A DNA stretch of 64,000 bases, taken from assembly GCA_947488195.1 (NCBI GenBank), contig CANKYR010000002.1, forward strand, positions 5,241-69,240, in the 5' to 3' direction. This DNA comes from Flavobacteriales bacterium. Lineage in GTDB: Bacteria; Bacteroidota; Bacteroidia; Flavobacteriales_D; Sanyastnellaceae. This document shows positions 62,315-64,000 of the stretch, in pieces. Each line of letters starts with the position of its first letter. Position 1 is the first letter of the stretch. Below the pieces are notes generated by a model. It was not told the DNA's origin. It did not search any database and saw only the letters and a list, made by a program, of their open reading frames with translations. A program made the translations under genes and the position numbers.

Positions 62315-63673
62315 TTATTCTTTAATGGGTTCTGGTAAATTCCATTTTCCCCGAATAACAAACCGAACGGTGGTTCGATTTCTTTGCTCAAGCAATACTT
62401 CTTTGTATTGCAACAGCTGTTGCATAACCATTGGCTTCGGGTGACGAATGGTTAAGATTGAGACGTTGTCATTATATCTAACATGAAAGTCGCTCAACTG
62501 TTCAATGAGCGCCTTTAATTTGTTTGGGTCGGATTGAATACACACCGAGAAATTCAGCGCCGAGTTTTCCATCATGTGCACGTGAATGCCCAAGTTAGCG
62601 AAGGTTTTGAAGATGAAGGTGAGGTTGTCTTCCACCACAAAACTGAAATCTTTGGTTGAAATAGAAACTAACGTTTGATTTTGTTTCAATATATACGAAG
62701 CCACTTCCAATTCGGTATTTGCTTTTTCTACAATGCGTGTTCCTTCGTTAGTTGGATTCAAAAACGATTTAATGAAAAGTGGAATGTTTTTGTTTTGAAG
62801 CGGCTTAATTGTTCTAGGATGAATAACACTTGCTCCGAAATAAGCCAACTCCACAGCTTCGCGGAAGGAAATCTCCTTCAGCAATTGGGTAGGCTGGAAA
62901 CATTTCGGATCGGCATTCAGCAAACCGGGTACATCTTTCCAAATCGTTACCGATTCAGCATTCAATAAAAAAGCGAATATCGCTGCCGAGAAATCTGATC
63001 CTTCTCTTCCTAAAGAAGTTAGCCTTTCCTTTTCGAAGAAATCTTGTGCAACATCTTTCGTAGAATCTTGCAACGCATCTTTCGTAGAATCTTGCAACGC
63101 ATCTTGCGAAGCACAGGCTCCGATAAACCCCTGGAGGACAAGCGTTGTATAATTATCGAACTCTTGGCGAAGCGAAGCGACTCTCTGTTCACTCATTTCC
63201 CACTGCACACGTGCATCGCGGAAGCGAGAGTCTGTGATTATATAATCAGCACTGTTCAATCGCCTCGAAGAAAGTTTGTTCTGATTGAAGTAAGCATTTA
63301 CAATGGCGGTAGACAAATACTCGCCATATCCTATGATACAATCGTACTCTTCGTCGAAACTCGCGTTGATTTCGCGCTTACAGATTTGAGTCAGTTCGTC
63401 GAAGACGAATACCCAATCGCTATCGGTATCTACTTCTAATTCTTTTGCAATGTTGAAGTGAAATTCAAAAATCTCTTGAAGGTCTTTTTCAAAATCGTTT
63501 CCTTCGAAACGCTTTTGGTGAATGTTTTCGAGGGCATTCGTAGTTTTGCCCATGGCAGAAACTATCACGATTTTGTTTTCAGGAAATAGATCCAATATGG
63601 AACAGACATTACGCACAGCTTCCGCATTGCGTACCGAAGCTCCTCCGAATTTATGCACTGTTATTTGCGCCAT
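62315..63673 (-). CDS. lysC: Aspartate kinase (with an in-frame repeat insertion)
   Basis: 452 aa. ITVHKFGGASV, SLGREGSDFSAA (the equivalent of the GRGGSD motif) and C-terminal ACT-like regions. Confidence 0.9.
   Translation of the reverse strand: MAQITVHKFGGASVRNAEAVRNVCSILDLFPENKIVIVSAMGKTTNALENIHQKRFEGNDFEKDLQEIFEFHFNIAKELEVDTDSDWVFVFDELTQICKREINASFDEEYDCIIGYGEYLSTAIVNAYFNQNKLSSRRLNSADYIITDSRFRDARVQWEMSEQRVASLRQEFDNYTTLVLQGFIGACASQDALQDSTKDALQDSTKDVAQDFFEKERLTSLGREGSDFSAAIFAFLLNAESVTIWKDVPGLLNADPKCFQPTQLLKEISFREAVELAYFGASVIHPRTIKPLQNKNIPLFIKSFLNPTNEGTRIVEKANTELEVASYILKQNQTLVSISTKDFSFVVEDNLTFIFKTFANLGIHVHMMENSALNFSVCIQSDPNKLKALIEQLSDFHVRYNDNVSILTIRHPKPMVMQQLLQYKEVLLEQRNRTTVRFVIRGKWNLPEPIKE
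63041..63112 (-). repeat. Three tandem copies of a 24-bp unit inside the aspartokinase CDS
   Basis: Plus strand: ATCTTGTGCAACATCTTTCGTAGA (63041-63064), ATCTTGCAACGCATCTTTCGTAGA (63065-63088), ATCTTGCAACGCATCTTGCGAAGC (63089-63112). It encodes ASQDALQD-STKDALQD-STKDVAQD. Confidence 0.95.
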
Positions 63674-64000
63674 GCTGCCTCTTTAATTTGTTCAGTAAAT
63701 AAATATCCGTTTAGCCATTCGGCTGAAAAAGTAGCATCGTACTTTTTGTAAAAGTTCAATGCTGGTTCATTCCAATCGAGCACTTGCCAGGTCATTCCAT
63801 GAAAATTCCTTTCGGCACAAACATTCGCAACAACTTCAAACAAACGCGCGCCAATTCCATCTCCACGAAATTCTTCCTTCACCACAATGTCTTCCAAATA
63901 AATCATAGGACCTTTCCAGGTGCTGTAGCGAATGTAATAAAAAGCAATGCCTACGATTTGTTCATTTCGTTCAGCAACAAAAAATTCGAAGTGCGGATTT
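63661..64000 (-). CDS. GNAT-family N-acetyltransferase (partial; N-terminus beyond the right edge)
   Basis: The frame stays open upstream of the ORF-track Met. Manual translation of 63907-63999 gives NPHFEFFVAERNEQIVGIAFYYIRYSTWKGP, followed by MIYLEDIVVKEEFRGDGIGARLF (GNAT motif A). Confidence 0.8.
   Translation of the reverse strand, partial: NPHFEFFVAERNEQIVGIAFYYIRYSTWKGPMIYLEDIVVKEEFRGDGIGARLFEVVANVCAERNFHGMTWQVLDWNEPALNFYKKYDATFSAEWLNGYLFTEQIKEAAWRK

Noticed and set aside
1-64000. Looked for CRISPR arrays, tRNA/rRNA genes, transposases or integrases, phage genes, toxin-antitoxin pairs, restriction-modification systems and other defence systems.
   Set aside because: No direct-repeat/spacer array was seen, and no intergenic gap is longer than about 145 nt that could hold an RNA gene. 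No ORF has recombinase, nuclease/ATPase defence or phage hallmarks. The window looks like core chromosome.

Overview
This window is a densely packed, apparently core chromosomal segment of a Bacteroidota genome, most likely a gliding member of the Flavobacteriia. The taxon call rests on the T9SS/gliding genes porU, porV, a porP/sprF-like gene and gldJ, on type A and type B T9SS C-terminal domains, and on TAnnTTTG -7 promoter boxes. I call about 54 protein-coding genes, with short intergenic gaps and many start/stop overlaps.

Content from left to right:
- A partial DUF5686-like gene, then dsbD-tilS-pabB-dinB.
- A propeller-type sensor kinase with a LytTR response regulator and a small acidic lipoprotein.
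- gpsA and a 1295-aa SBBP/PKD adhesin with a type B T9SS sorting domain.
- Enoyl-CoA hydratase, dut, a nucleotidyltransferase, then a TPR / LolB-like DUF4292 / EnvC-like triad.
- relA-spoT, a PcrB/GGGPS-like prenyltransferase and 3-hydroxyanthranilate dioxygenase.
- A cytochrome oxidase accessory cluster: cyoE, two CoxIII-family genes, CoxIV, two SCO-like genes, DUF420 and a small CxxC protein.
- A co-directional array: TolC, an MFP adaptor, tsaB, a Rieske-like lipoprotein, mce, a DUF2723 membrane protein and a radical SAM gene.
- ispF-porV-porU, then porP/sprF-like, gldJ, murF and tyrS.
- Housekeeping genes: a LuxE-like gene, icd, ndk, rocD, a cysteine synthase family gene, a LolE/FtsX-like permease, a namZ-like gene, a PduO-type adenosyltransferase, aspartokinase and a partial GNAT.

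I saw no rRNA, tRNA, CRISPR array, transposase, integrase, phage gene or recognisable defence gene. I do not see a compelling self-contained novel system.

The most defensible second-look items are:
- the DUF2723 plus membrane-anchored radical SAM pair;
- non-canonical members of the oxidase-assembly cluster (loop insertions in both CoxIII paralogs, a ligand-less SCO paralog, a small secreted CxxC protein);
- a bacterial GGGPS homolog coupled to HAAO;
- a TyrRS whose HIGH signature reads G-V-G-N;
- a 3 x 24-bp in-frame tandem repeat inside aspartokinase;
- recurrent -7 promoter boxes only 4-7 nt from start codons.

All functional calls come from motif recognition by eye. No database search was run.
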